Assembly (NCBI GenBank): GCA_963761305.1
Contig: CAVXGK010000002.1
Span: 1,696,001 to 1,760,000, forward strand
Length of the DNA: 64,000 nucleotides
Origin: an uncultured Gemmatimonadaceae bacterium
GTDB taxonomy: Bacteria > Gemmatimonadota > Gemmatimonadetes > Gemmatimonadales > Gemmatimonadaceae
Reading direction: 5' to 3'
Part shown: positions 8,683 through 17,761 of the stretch, piece by piece
How the letters are laid out: the number at the start of each line of letters is the position of its first letter
Position numbering within the stretch: the first letter of the stretch is position 1
The notes under the pieces: model-generated
What the model saw: the letters and a program-made list of their open reading frames with translations, nothing else
What the model was told of the DNA's origin: nothing
Databases searched by the model: none
Made by a program: the position numbers and the translations under genes

Positions 8683-11600
8683 TTAGTAGTGGAGGTTGAG
8701 CCGGAACTCGAAGTACGACGCTGGTCCAGTGGTGATGAAGTCGGTCTGGACGTCGCCCGTGGAGTAGTTCGCTTCGGGATCGATGTCCGTGTACTTGGTC
8801 CAGACGTGGAGGTTGCGCCCGGCCACGACGAGGTTCGCGTCGCGCGCGCGCAGCCGACTCGCCAGCGCGTTCGGCAACGTCAGCGTCGCCGAGACCTCGC
8901 GGAGCCGCCAGAACTGGCCGTTCTCCCAGTAGCCGCCGGGGGAGGTGAACTTGGTGCCGTTCACCGTCGTGCCATAGAGGTTCGCGACGGCGCGCGCCTG
9001 CCGCCACAGCGGCGTGCTCGCAATCTCGTTCTCCTGACACGATTGCGGCGCCTGTTGGCAGAAGAACTCCCACGTCTGATTGTAGAGGCTGAAGCCGCCC
9101 TTGTAGTCCAGCATGGCGAGCACGCGCAGCTTGCGCGAGAAAAGATCGAATCCGTTCTGCACCGATAGGAGGTCGCGCGGGAACGAGTAGCCGCGGTAGA
9201 CGACGCCCGTGTCCACCGTGAGCTCCGACGTCTGGATGATGCCGTCGCCGTTCGAATCGGTGTAGTGATAAGGACGCAGGAAGACGCCGTTCACCGGAAA
9301 GCCCACCGAGTCGCGCGTATTGCCGGTGCCGATCGTCTTGTTGGGATTGCCGGCGGGATCGACGCCAAGCGACAGCACTTTGTTGCTGTTGTGCGACGCG
9401 GATACCGTCACGTCCCAGCCGAACCGGCGCGAGTCGACGAACGTCGCGTTGATCTGCGCTTCGAGGCCCGAGTTCTGGACGCCGCCGAGGTTTGTGCGCA
9501 CGCTGGTCGCGGACGGCGACGCCGATGGCGCGATCGGCAGCGAGATGAGGGCGTCTTTCGTCTTCTTGTTGTAGTACGTGAAGTCGATGTTGGCGCGATT
9601 CCCCCACACGCGCGTCTCGAATCCGCCTTCGAACTCGCCGGAGGTTTCGGGCTTGAGGTTCGGATTGCCGAGCGAGCTCTCGATGAGGCCCGGCGTGTCG
9701 ATGTTGGCCACGGCAACGGTCGTCGTGGAGAATCGCCGCAGGCCGTCGGTTGCTCCGGGCTGCACCCCCGATTGGCCGTACGCCGAACGAAGCCGGAATT
9801 GGTTGATAAAGCTCCACTTCGGGAAGAACGCCTCGTCGGACATGATCCAGGAGAGGCTCACCTTCGGGTAGAACACGCGCTGGAAATTCGTGCCGAACGC
9901 GCTGTTCTGATCAGAGCGCACCGCCGCGGTGATGTACATGCGGTCGCGCAGCGACGCCTGCTCCTGGACGTACACGCCGAGCGTCTTGGTCACACTCTGT
10001 TGCCCGTCGGACGCGTTCTTCACCGCGCCCGCGCCGGTCGTCTGCGCACCCGGCGGCAGCGTGCTGCCGTCGGCGCGCGAGAAATCGCCTTCGTTGTTGA
10101 GGTAGTCGGCGCCGCCGGTAGTCTTGAGGTTGAGCCACGGTTTGGCCGTCCACGACGCGTTGCTCACCAGCTTCACGGTGAACGCGCGGTTGTTGTCGTG
10201 CTCGTCGTCGACGAAACCGAGCCGGTTGGAACCGAACGCGGGGCACTCGGTGAAGCGGCAGATGTCAAAGTAGATCTGGTCGGCCAAGTCCATGCCGACG
10301 ACCGCTTGATTCTGCAGCCAGTTGAACGGGCGCCATTCGGCGTCAGCGCTGCCGGAGAGGCGTTGGATACCCGTCTCGTTGACGAATTGAAACGCGGACG
10401 CCGGCGTCCACCGCGCATAGCCGTGAAGGCCCTCGCCCAGTGAGCCGACGGGGTTGTAGTCCAGACCGCCGTGATCCGTACCGTACGTGAGGTACATCAT
10501 GCCGCCGATGCCGTTCACGTTGTTGTCGACCTGCGGCAGCCGTTGGTCGGATTTGGAGAATCCCGTCGTGACGTTGAGGTCGAACTTGGGCGACACGTTC
10601 GCGCTGACGTTTGCGCGAATGTTCTGGCGCTGGAACGCCTCGGGGTGGACCCACTCGTCGCGGACGCTGGCCTGCGCGGAGTCCTGGAGCCACTCCTGCG
10701 CAAAACCCGGCATCTTGTAGGGACCGACCTCGTTGAACAGGTCACCGCTCGCGAAGTAGCGCACGGCGTCGTTGCCGCCCGATACCTGACCGCCAAAATT
10801 CGTGTTCAACCCGTTCGCGATCGGCGTGATCCCGGGTGTGGTCGAGAGGTTGAACGACGTCGTGCTGTCCACGACGCACGTCGTCGCCGACATGGTCGCC
10901 AGCTCGCAACGCGCGATCTTGCCGGTGGTGGGATTGTGGCCCCAGAGCGCGTAGGTCGCGGGGTAGTCGTTGCGATCCTCGACCTGTTGCGTGGAGGCGA
11001 ACCAATTCCAGCGCGCGGCGCCGGCGCGCCCCTTCTTCGTGGTGACGACGATGACGCCGTTGGCGGCGTCGGTGCCGTACAGGGTCGCCGCCGATGGTCC
11101 TTTCACGATCTCGATGTCCTCGATCTCTTCCGGCGAGAGCGAGTTCATGAAACTCTCGTTGGTCCCGCCCACGTTGGGGCTGATCGAGCTCGAAAAGAAG
11201 CGCACACCGTCGACGATCATGATCGGCGCGTTGCCCAGGCTCAGTGAGTTCAGGCCGCGGATACGGATGACGGGCGCCGAGCCGCTCATGTTGGGCGGCG
11301 ACATGATCACGCCGGGCGCTTTGGCCACGAGCAGGTCTGCGATGTTGGACACCGCGGTCTGCTCCACGGCCTGCGGAGCGCTGATCGTCGAGAGGGCGTT
11401 GCCGATTTCGACCTTCCGCTGCTCGCCCGTCGCCGTCGTGACGACTTCCTGGAGTTGAACGACGAGCGCAGTGAGCGCGAAATCCAGCGTGATCGACGCG
11501 CCGGGGGCGACAACGACCGACTTCTTCTGCTCCGCGTAGCCGACGCGGATCACGCGGACCTCGATCGTTCCGGTCGGCACGTTGCGGATGGTGTAGCGTC

Positions 11601-11799
11601 CCTCGGAATTCGTCTGCGTCACCGTGCTCGTGTTGACCAGCATGACGCGGCTGTCGGCCAGTCCTTCCGACCCGGTGCCCGATACTCTGCCGGTGAGGAC
11701 GGCCTGTTGCGCCGACAGCAGCGCGGGCGCGAGCAGGAGCGAGAAAGTGAGGGTGCGGCATAGCCGCCGCGAACGCGTGGGCGCACTCGGTCTACTCAT
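8683..11799 (-). CDS. SusC/RagA-family TonB-dependent receptor (SusC-2)
   Basis: Signal peptide, IEDIEIVKGPSAATLYGTDAANGVIVVTTKKG, GNPNLKPE, C-terminal NLHY as in SusC-1. Confidence 0.92.
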   Translation of the reverse strand: MSRPSAPTRSRRLCRTLTFSLLLAPALLSAQQAVLTGRVSGTGSEGLADSRVMLVNTSTVTQTNSEGRYTIRNVPTGTIEVRVIRVGYAEQKKSVVVAPGASITLDFALTALVVQLQEVVTTATGEQRKVEIGNALSTISAPQAVEQTAVSNIADLLVAKAPGVIMSPPNMSGSAPVIRIRGLNSLSLGNAPIMIVDGVRFFSSSISPNVGGTNESFMNSLSPEEIEDIEIVKGPSAATLYGTDAANGVIVVTTKKGRAGAARWNWFASTQQVEDRNDYPATYALWGHNPTTGKIARCELATMSATTCVVDSTTSFNLSTTPGITPIANGLNTNFGGQVSGGNDAVRYFASGDLFNEVGPYKMPGFAQEWLQDSAQASVRDEWVHPEAFQRQNIRANVSANVSPKFDLNVTTGFSKSDQRLPQVDNNVNGIGGMMYLTYGTDHGGLDYNPVGSLGEGLHGYARWTPASAFQFVNETGIQRLSGSADAEWRPFNWLQNQAVVGMDLADQIYFDICRFTECPAFGSNRLGFVDDEHDNNRAFTVKLVSNASWTAKPWLNLKTTGGADYLNNEGDFSRADGSTLPPGAQTTGAGAVKNASDGQQSVTKTLGVYVQEQASLRDRMYITAAVRSDQNSAFGTNFQRVFYPKVSLSWIMSDEAFFPKWSFINQFRLRSAYGQSGVQPGATDGLRRFSTTTVAVANIDTPGLIESSLGNPNLKPETSGEFEGGFETRVWGNRANIDFTYYNKKTKDALISLPIAPSASPSATSVRTNLGGVQNSGLEAQINATFVDSRRFGWDVTVSASHNSNKVLSLGVDPAGNPNKTIGTGNTRDSVGFPVNGVFLRPYHYTDSNGDGIIQTSELTVDTGVVYRGYSFPRDLLSVQNGFDLFSRKLRVLAMLDYKGGFSLYNQTWEFFCQQAPQSCQENEIASTPLWRQARAVANLYGTTVNGTKFTSPGGYWENGQFWRLREVSATLTLPNALASRLRARDANLVVAGRNLHVWTKYTDIDPEANYSTGDVQTDFITTGPASYFEFRLNLHY

Positions 11800-12210
11800 G
11801 GAACGCTCTCCCGGGGTGAGTCAGGTTGTGCGTCAGAACGCGCGCGTCGTCGCCGTGCGGCGCGCGCGTGAAAAAACCGCGAGTGTTCCTTCTAGGGTGC
11901 AAGCGCTGCTACGAGTCGCGGATCAATGCACGCTCGATTCACTCGCTCATCGCGGCGGAGACTCAGCCGTCACAGGGCACGCTTGACTGCGCGCGAGCCC
12001 GTGGTGGGTGGGAAGCGAGCGCGCGACGCGATTGTATGTTCGCCGGCCGACGCGCGCAAGAAGCGAAGGGCCGTTTCGTAACCGCCACCGGCCGGTCAGC
12101 CCCGGAAACATGCGAGCTCGTCCACGACGCCCCGTGCTCCGGGTGGGCGCTCGAATCGCAGACGATGGACCGCGACCGCGCACCCCATGGAGTCGCGCGC
12201 GCACACCGAG

Positions 12211-12422
12211 GCAGCGTCCGAGACGGCCCGGGGTCTGGAGCGCGAGCCGTTGCAGTATTGCCGGTAGTATCGGCAATACTGCGAGCGGTCGCGCGGAAGA
12301 CCTCGGGCGGCTCGGGCGCGTGAACGGCGCCGAACGACAGCGTGCCAATCTGCGTTCGCGTTCGCCGCCGCGTGCGCACACGGAGCAGCGTCCGAGACGG
12401 CCCGGGGCTGGAGCGCGAGCCG
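12211..12422 (+). repeat. REP-like palindromic element, copy C, between two ~38-bp direct repeats
   Basis: Hairpin core at 12252-12282; GCAGCGTCCGAGACGGCCCGGGG(T)CTGGAGCGCGAGCCG at about 12211 and about 12385. Confidence 0.8.
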
Positions 12423-12433
12423 GACCTGCGACG

Positions 12434-13163
12434 CTAGCGCAGCTCGGCTTGGGTCGACCGGTTCACGGCAATGAGCGAGAGAGCCTCGAAGTCGATTTCG
12501 ACGTCCGGCGAATCGCTGGTGACGAGATCGGCCACGCCAAAATCGAGCGAGAGCTGCCGCACCGGAATGAACGAGCGCCGATGATGCGGCGTGAGGCCGA
12601 CGGCACCGAGTCCCTCGAGGTGCGCCGCGGTCGCGTAGCCGACGTTCCGCTCCCAGCGATACCCGGGATAGCGCACGGCCAGGGCGTGCATCAGGCGATC
12701 GCGCGTCACCTTGGCGACGATCGACGCGCAAGCGATCGAGTAGCACGCGTCGTCGCCGCCGACGATCGCCGTGTGCTCGATGCCCAGCGAGCGAATCGGC
12801 TTGCCGTCGATCAACACATGGTGCGGCCGCTGGCCGAGCCGCGTCAGCGCGCGACGCATCGCCAACACCGTCGCATGGTAGATGTTCAGCCGATCAATTT
12901 CGCGCACCGACGCCGCGCCCACCGAAATGCACACGGCGCGTTCGCGGATCTTCACCAGCAGCCGCTCGCGTTCACCGGCGGTGAGCTGCTTGGAGTCGTT
13001 GACGCCGCGAATCGCCCGCTCGCCGGGCGGCATGATGCAGGCGCACGCGACAACGGGGCCCGCGAGGGGGCCCCGTCCCACTTCATCCACACCGGCGATC
13101 AGCGGACCGGCCGTCTGTCGGAGATCGCGTTCGATCGGCTTCCACCGATCGCGTCCCCCCCAT
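12434..13163 (-). CDS. rnhB: Ribonuclease HII (likely ATG at 13163 is one base out of frame at a G7 run)
   Basis: IAGVDEVGRGPLAGPVVA, NDSKQL, ACASIVAKVTRD, GYATAAH and HRRSF motifs; follows rplS. Confidence 0.92.
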
Positions 13164-13175
13164 CGGCGGGCCGCC

Positions 13176-13550
13176 CTACTCGGTGGCGCTGGTTTCCGGA
13201 ACCGCGATGTGCGTTTTCTTCTCGCGAATGCGCGTCGCCTTGCCGGTGAGGTGGCGCAGGTAGTAGAGCTTGGCGCGACGGACGCGGCCACGACGCACGA
13301 CGTTCACTTCGGCCAGCATCGGGCTGTGCACCGGGAAGATGCGCTCGACGCCGACACCGTTGGAGATCTTGCGAACCGTGAAGGTCTCGCTGACGCCACT
13401 GCCGCGGCGCGCGATGCAAATCCCTTCGAAGGCCTGGATGCGCTCCTTCTCGCCTTCCTTTACACGGACGTTGACGCGGAGGGTGTCGCCGGGACGGAAC
13501 GGCGGCACGTCGCGGAGCCACTCTTTTTGGGTTTCGATGAAAGCATGCAT
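13176..13550 (-). CDS. rplS: 50S ribosomal protein L19
   Basis: [30 protein letters not shown] and [12 protein letters not shown] motifs. Confidence 0.97.
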   Translation of the reverse strand: MHAFIETQKEWLRDVPPFRPGDTLRVNVRVKEGEKERIQAFEGICIARRGSGVSETFTVRKISNGVGVERIFPVHSPMLAEVNVVRRGRVRRAKLYYLRHLTGKATRIREKKTHIAVPETSATE

Positions 13551-13679
13551 TGGATGCTCGGCGCTGGAGACCGGGGGAGGATCGGCACCCGGGGGCCGAC
13601 GAGGACGCGATTCTGGTACAGACTGCGAATTGTAAGCAGCGAAGGGGCTTAGCGCCACTGGGCCCCTGAGTTAACTGGC

Positions 13680-15943
13680 CTATCGCGCCGTCGCCTTCGC
13701 GAGCGCCTGCACGGCGGGCGGATAGCCGGGCGAAATCCGCAGGGCCCGCTGAAAGAGCTCTACCGCGACGCTCAACTGCCCGCGCGCCGCCTTCACGAGG
13801 CCGAGGCGGGTAACGGCCTCGGGATCGTTGGGTGCTGTTCGGGTGGCTTGAGTCAGGTACGCGTCCGCTTCGGCAAGGCGTGAAATCGCCACCATCGCCT
13901 GACCGACCGTCAAATACACCTGCTCGTCCGATCCGGCGTTTGCGGCCGCTTTCGCCGCGGCGGCCACCGATTGCTCGATTCTCTGCTGTTGGGCGTAGCA
14001 GACGCTGAGTACGGCGAACGTCATCGGGTTTCGATCACCGTTCGAGGCCGCGCTCTCGAGGTACGGCACCGCCTCGGTGGTCGAGCCGCGCTCGGCGAGC
14101 ATCGCCCCTAGGACTGCGGCCGCGTCCGATCTCTTGGGATTCAAGCTGAGAGCGCGACGAAGCGCCGCCATCGCATCGTCCGATCGATTCGCGTTCATGT
14201 AGGATTGGGCGAGCATTGCGAATGTCTCATCCGTCGCCTGCGGGGAGCTCGCCATCCGCTCGAGATATGGAATCGACGTCGAGTCTTTCTGGCTGGCGAG
14301 CAGACCGCCCAGCCGACGCGTCGCGTCCACGTAGTCGGGGTTGATGCGGAGCGCGTGCTCGAGCAGCACGCGCGCATCGGCGACTCGACCCGCGTCGACT
14401 CTGATCTGCGCGAGGTTCGACCACGCCGGCATGTACGTGGAATCGACGGCAATCGCACGGTTCCACAGCGAGTCGGCCTCGTCGACGCGACCGCGGTCCT
14501 TCGCGTAGATCACCGCGGCGAGGTTGTCATACGCGCGCGGGTTGTCCGGCACTTTGACGGACGCGTCGCGCCACAGCCGTTCTGGACTCGCATAGAGCGC
14601 GCTTCGGCGCCACGTGACAATCGCCAGCAGCGCCGCGACCACCGCGGAACCGCCGAGAAACAGGCGTCGTCGCGAGCGCAGCGCGTACGCCGCGGCGATG
14701 ACGACTCCGACGATGACGGCCGCCGACGCGAGATAGATGCGTCGCTCGGCGGCGATCTCCGTCATGATGGGAACGACGCTCGACGACGGCGCGAGCACGG
14801 CAAACAACCAGAACACAAGGAACGCGAGCCACGGCGGCCTCTTTCGCGCGGCGACGAAAAGGAGACCGGCGGCGATGGCGAGCACGATCAGTCCGCCGAC
14901 AAGTCCGGCGATTCCATACACGGGGCGAAAACCGTAGTCGAACCGCAGATCCCGCGGCCACACGATCAGTTGGAGGTAATGGGCGATCGCCCATCCCTGA
15001 CTGTAGAGGTAGCGATACCACGGAACGCCGACCGCGAAGCCCACCGAGTCGGCGCGCCCTCCACCCGCGATCAACACACCGAGCAGAACCAGCGTCGCGC
15101 CAAGCCCGGCGTAGAACCAGCGACGCGAGCGATTGTCGGCGAGCTCCTTCCACGAGCTCACTCGGAAAACACGATCGTACACGGCGACGACGAACGGCGC
15201 GGTCGCCATCACTTCTTTGCTTGCCATGCCGACGGCGCATAGGACAACCCCCGCGATCAGCCACACGCACCGCCGCGCGGCGGTCGACGCGTCCCACGCC
15301 CGTATCGATGCGTACAGCGTGGCGAGATAGCACGCCGAGACGAGCAACTCCGTTCGCTGAACCACATAGTCGACGGCGTCGGTCTGAATCGGGTGCAAGA
15401 GCCAGAGGCCCATCGAGACAAACGCGATCGTCTCCGCGCCGTCGTTGACCCCCCCCATTCCCCGAACGTCGAGAGCGACAGCGTGCGCCGCACGACACCG
15501 AAGAGCAGCAGTCCGCAGACCACGTGGAGCAGCACGTTCGTGACGTGATAGACAATTGTCCCCGAGTCGCTCGCCGAATCGCCATTTCGCGCGAGCCCCA
15601 GCGACACACTCACCGCGTGGTCGACGGCGAGCGACAGGTTCGCCGCGGGTCGGCCCGACACCGCCAGGCGCGGCGGAGGGGCCAATGACGTCGAGAGTGG
15701 GAAGACGTGCTCGATGGTCGGATTGTCCGGAATGCTTCCTATGTCATCGAACGCGAACGGCGCGCGAAACGCCGGCGCGAACGCGATCAACGTCGCGAGG
15801 ACAACGGCGGCTATCGCGATCAACGAGGAACGCGACAGCGCCGGGATCAGGACTCTATTTGCCGGCGCTTCGTTGGCCGCGGCGCCGCTTCCTGTGAAAG
15901 AAGTCTTACGCGAGCCGCGACGCCGCTCCCTCTCCCTGGCCAA
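13680..15943 (-). CDS. TMTC-like (GT-C fold) membrane protein with C-terminal TPRs; frameshift at C8 run 15449-15456
   Basis: Two ORFs join into one: FDD...DNP, GRP, YHVTNVLLH upstream; HPIQTDAVDYVVQRTELL, SKE, AERRIYL and TPR repeats downstream. Confidence 0.75.
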
Positions 15944-15949
15944 GGGGGA

Positions 15950-16665
15950 CTACCGATCGCGGCGGTCGCGCGAGAGCCGCTCGCCTTCGGCGTGTCGCCA
16001 GGCGTCGATCCGCTTGTGGTCGCCGGACAGCAGGACGTCGGGCACCGTGTGCCCGCGATACGAAGGCGGCCGAGTGTAGCTCGGCGCCGAGATATCCCGG
16101 TCGAAGAACGAGTCGCCGCGCGCGCTGTCGAGGTCGGACATCGCCCCGGGCAGGAGGCGAACGGTGGCGTCGATCACGGCGAGCGCGGCGGGTTCGCCGC
16201 CACTCAGAACGAAATCGCCGAGCGAGATCTCTTCAGTGGCGAGGAAGTCGGCGACGCGCTGGTCGACATCCTTGTAGTGGCCGCAGAGGATCGTGAGCTC
16301 GGCGCCGGCGGCGTAGCGGTTCGCGTCGGCCTGCGTAAAGTGTCGTCCGCGCGCCGACATGAGCACGATCGGTCCCCCCCCGACACTGCGAGCGATTCCA
16401 CGGCCTCGAAAAATGGCTCGGGCTTCATGACCATCCCGGCGCCGCCGCCGTATGGATAGTCGTCGACCGTGCGATGGCGGTCGTGCGTGAAATCGCGGAG
16501 GTCGGTGACGCGATACTCGACGGCCCGTGCGTCGCGCGCGCGCGACGGAATGCTGAGTCCCAGCGGGCCGGCGAAGAATTCAGGAAAGATCGTGACGACG
16601 TTGATGCGGAGCGCCGGCGCTGCGAACGACGCTCTCGTCGGGTGCCGCGGGGCGCACGGCGTCAG
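15950..16665 (-). CDS. trmD: tRNA (guanine37-N1)-methyltransferase; frameshift at C8 run 16374-16381; start uncertain
   Basis: [12 protein letters not shown]...[18 protein letters not shown] in one frame; [27 protein letters not shown] and [10 protein letters not shown] in another. Confidence 0.92.
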
Positions 16666-17192
16666 TCATCGAGCAAGCCGTGCGGCGGGTCGATGCGTAT
16701 CACGCGTCGCTCGCGATCGACGTTGGTCACGATGCGATCATATGGAATGATGACCGTGCCGGTCTCGCGCGCGACGTCGAGCGCCAGGCCCTGCGGCAGC
16801 TCGTAGGTGTCGACGACAGATCCGACGAGCGCGCCCGACTCGAGCTCCACGCGCATGCCGATGAGGTCGTGGACGTAGACCTCGCCGGCTTGCAGACCTG
16901 AGAGCTCGCTCGCCGGCGCGAGCAGAAACCGATCGCGCCACTTCTCGGCCACGTCGCGGTCGGTGATCTCGGCGAAGTGCACGATGAAGCCGCCCTTGAA
17001 CGGCGTCGCCGAGGCGACGTGCAGCTCGGCGCCGTCACGCGCCGGATCGCCGGTGGTGGTTCCGGCGACGAGCCGGCGCCCGATGGAAAAGACGGCGTCC
17101 GGCTCGTCGGTCAGCGGCTCGACGACAAGGTCGCCGCGCACGCCGTGCGCTTTGCGAATCCTGCCGACGATGATCGGGGGTGCGCCGCTCAG
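16662..17192 (-). CDS. rimM: Ribosome maturation factor RimM (only CTG at 17192 is available as a start)
   Basis: [13 protein letters not shown] and [12 protein letters not shown] motifs; lies between rpsP and trmD. Confidence 0.92.
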   Translation of the reverse strand: MSGAPPIIVGRIRKAHGVRGDLVVEPLTDEPDAVFSIGRRLVAGTTTGDPARDGAELHVASATPFKGGFIVHFAEITDRDVAEKWRDRFLLAPASELSGLQAGEVYVHDLIGMRVELESGALVGSVVDTYELPQGLALDVARETGTVIIPYDRIVTNVDRERRVIRIDPPHGLLDD

Positions 17193-17193
17193 A

Positions 17194-17508
17194 CTACTCG
17201 GCCTTCTCCGACAGCGGCACCGCGCCGGCAGTGCGCTCGCGTCCCAGCCGCGTCTCGTGGCGCGTCTTGAGCACGCCGGCACGCCGAAGGAGCGACCGCA
17301 CGGTGTCGGTCGGCTGGGCGCCGTTGTCGAGCCAATGGTTGACGCGCTCGGCCTTGAGGTTGAGCGCGTTCTCACCCTGACGGGGCGCGTACTGCCCGAC
17401 GACCTCGATGAACTTCCCGTCGCGCGGGCTGCGCGAATCGGCGATCACGATGCGGAAGAGCGAATTCTTTTTGCGGCCGGTGCGGCGAAGGCGAATCTTG
17501 ACGGACAT
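17194..17508 (-). CDS. rpsP: 30S ribosomal protein S16
   Basis: MSVKIRLRRTG, ADSRSPRDGKFIE and WLDNGAQPTDTV motifs. Confidence 0.97.
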   Translation of the reverse strand: MSVKIRLRRTGRKKNSLFRIVIADSRSPRDGKFIEVVGQYAPRQGENALNLKAERVNHWLDNGAQPTDTVRSLLRRAGVLKTRHETRLGRERTAGAVPLSEKAE

Positions 17509-17635
17509 TCTGGCTCCCCAATCAGGGTTTCTGAACTACACCGGGCTCATCGCGAACACGCCAACCGGCGGCCGCACCCGGAAACCGCGAAACTGCCTCT
17601 CACTGATAACGATCTCTTAGCGGAACGACCACTCG

Positions 17636-17711
17636 AGCATCAGCAACAGCATCAGCCTTCTGCAACAGCACCAGCCGTCAGTTCCTGATTGCTGTCGCTG
17701 ATGCTGATGCC
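17636..17711. repeat. Imperfect inverted repeat built from CAGCAW hexamers
   Basis: GCATCAGCAACAGCATCAGC ... GCTGTCGCTGATGCTGATGC in the ffh-rpsP spacer. Confidence 0.55.
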
Positions 17712-17761
17712 AGAGTGCCAGACACCAGTACCAACCCTATCAGGCCAGGGGTTCATCGCCG

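Noticed and set aside
12434..13291. Extended ORF-track starts for rnhB, rimM, ffh, PNP, nucleotidase, DUF445, M48 and the chaperone
   Set aside because: The extensions overlap neighbouring genes or repeats; starts were reassigned using motifs and start/stop overlaps.
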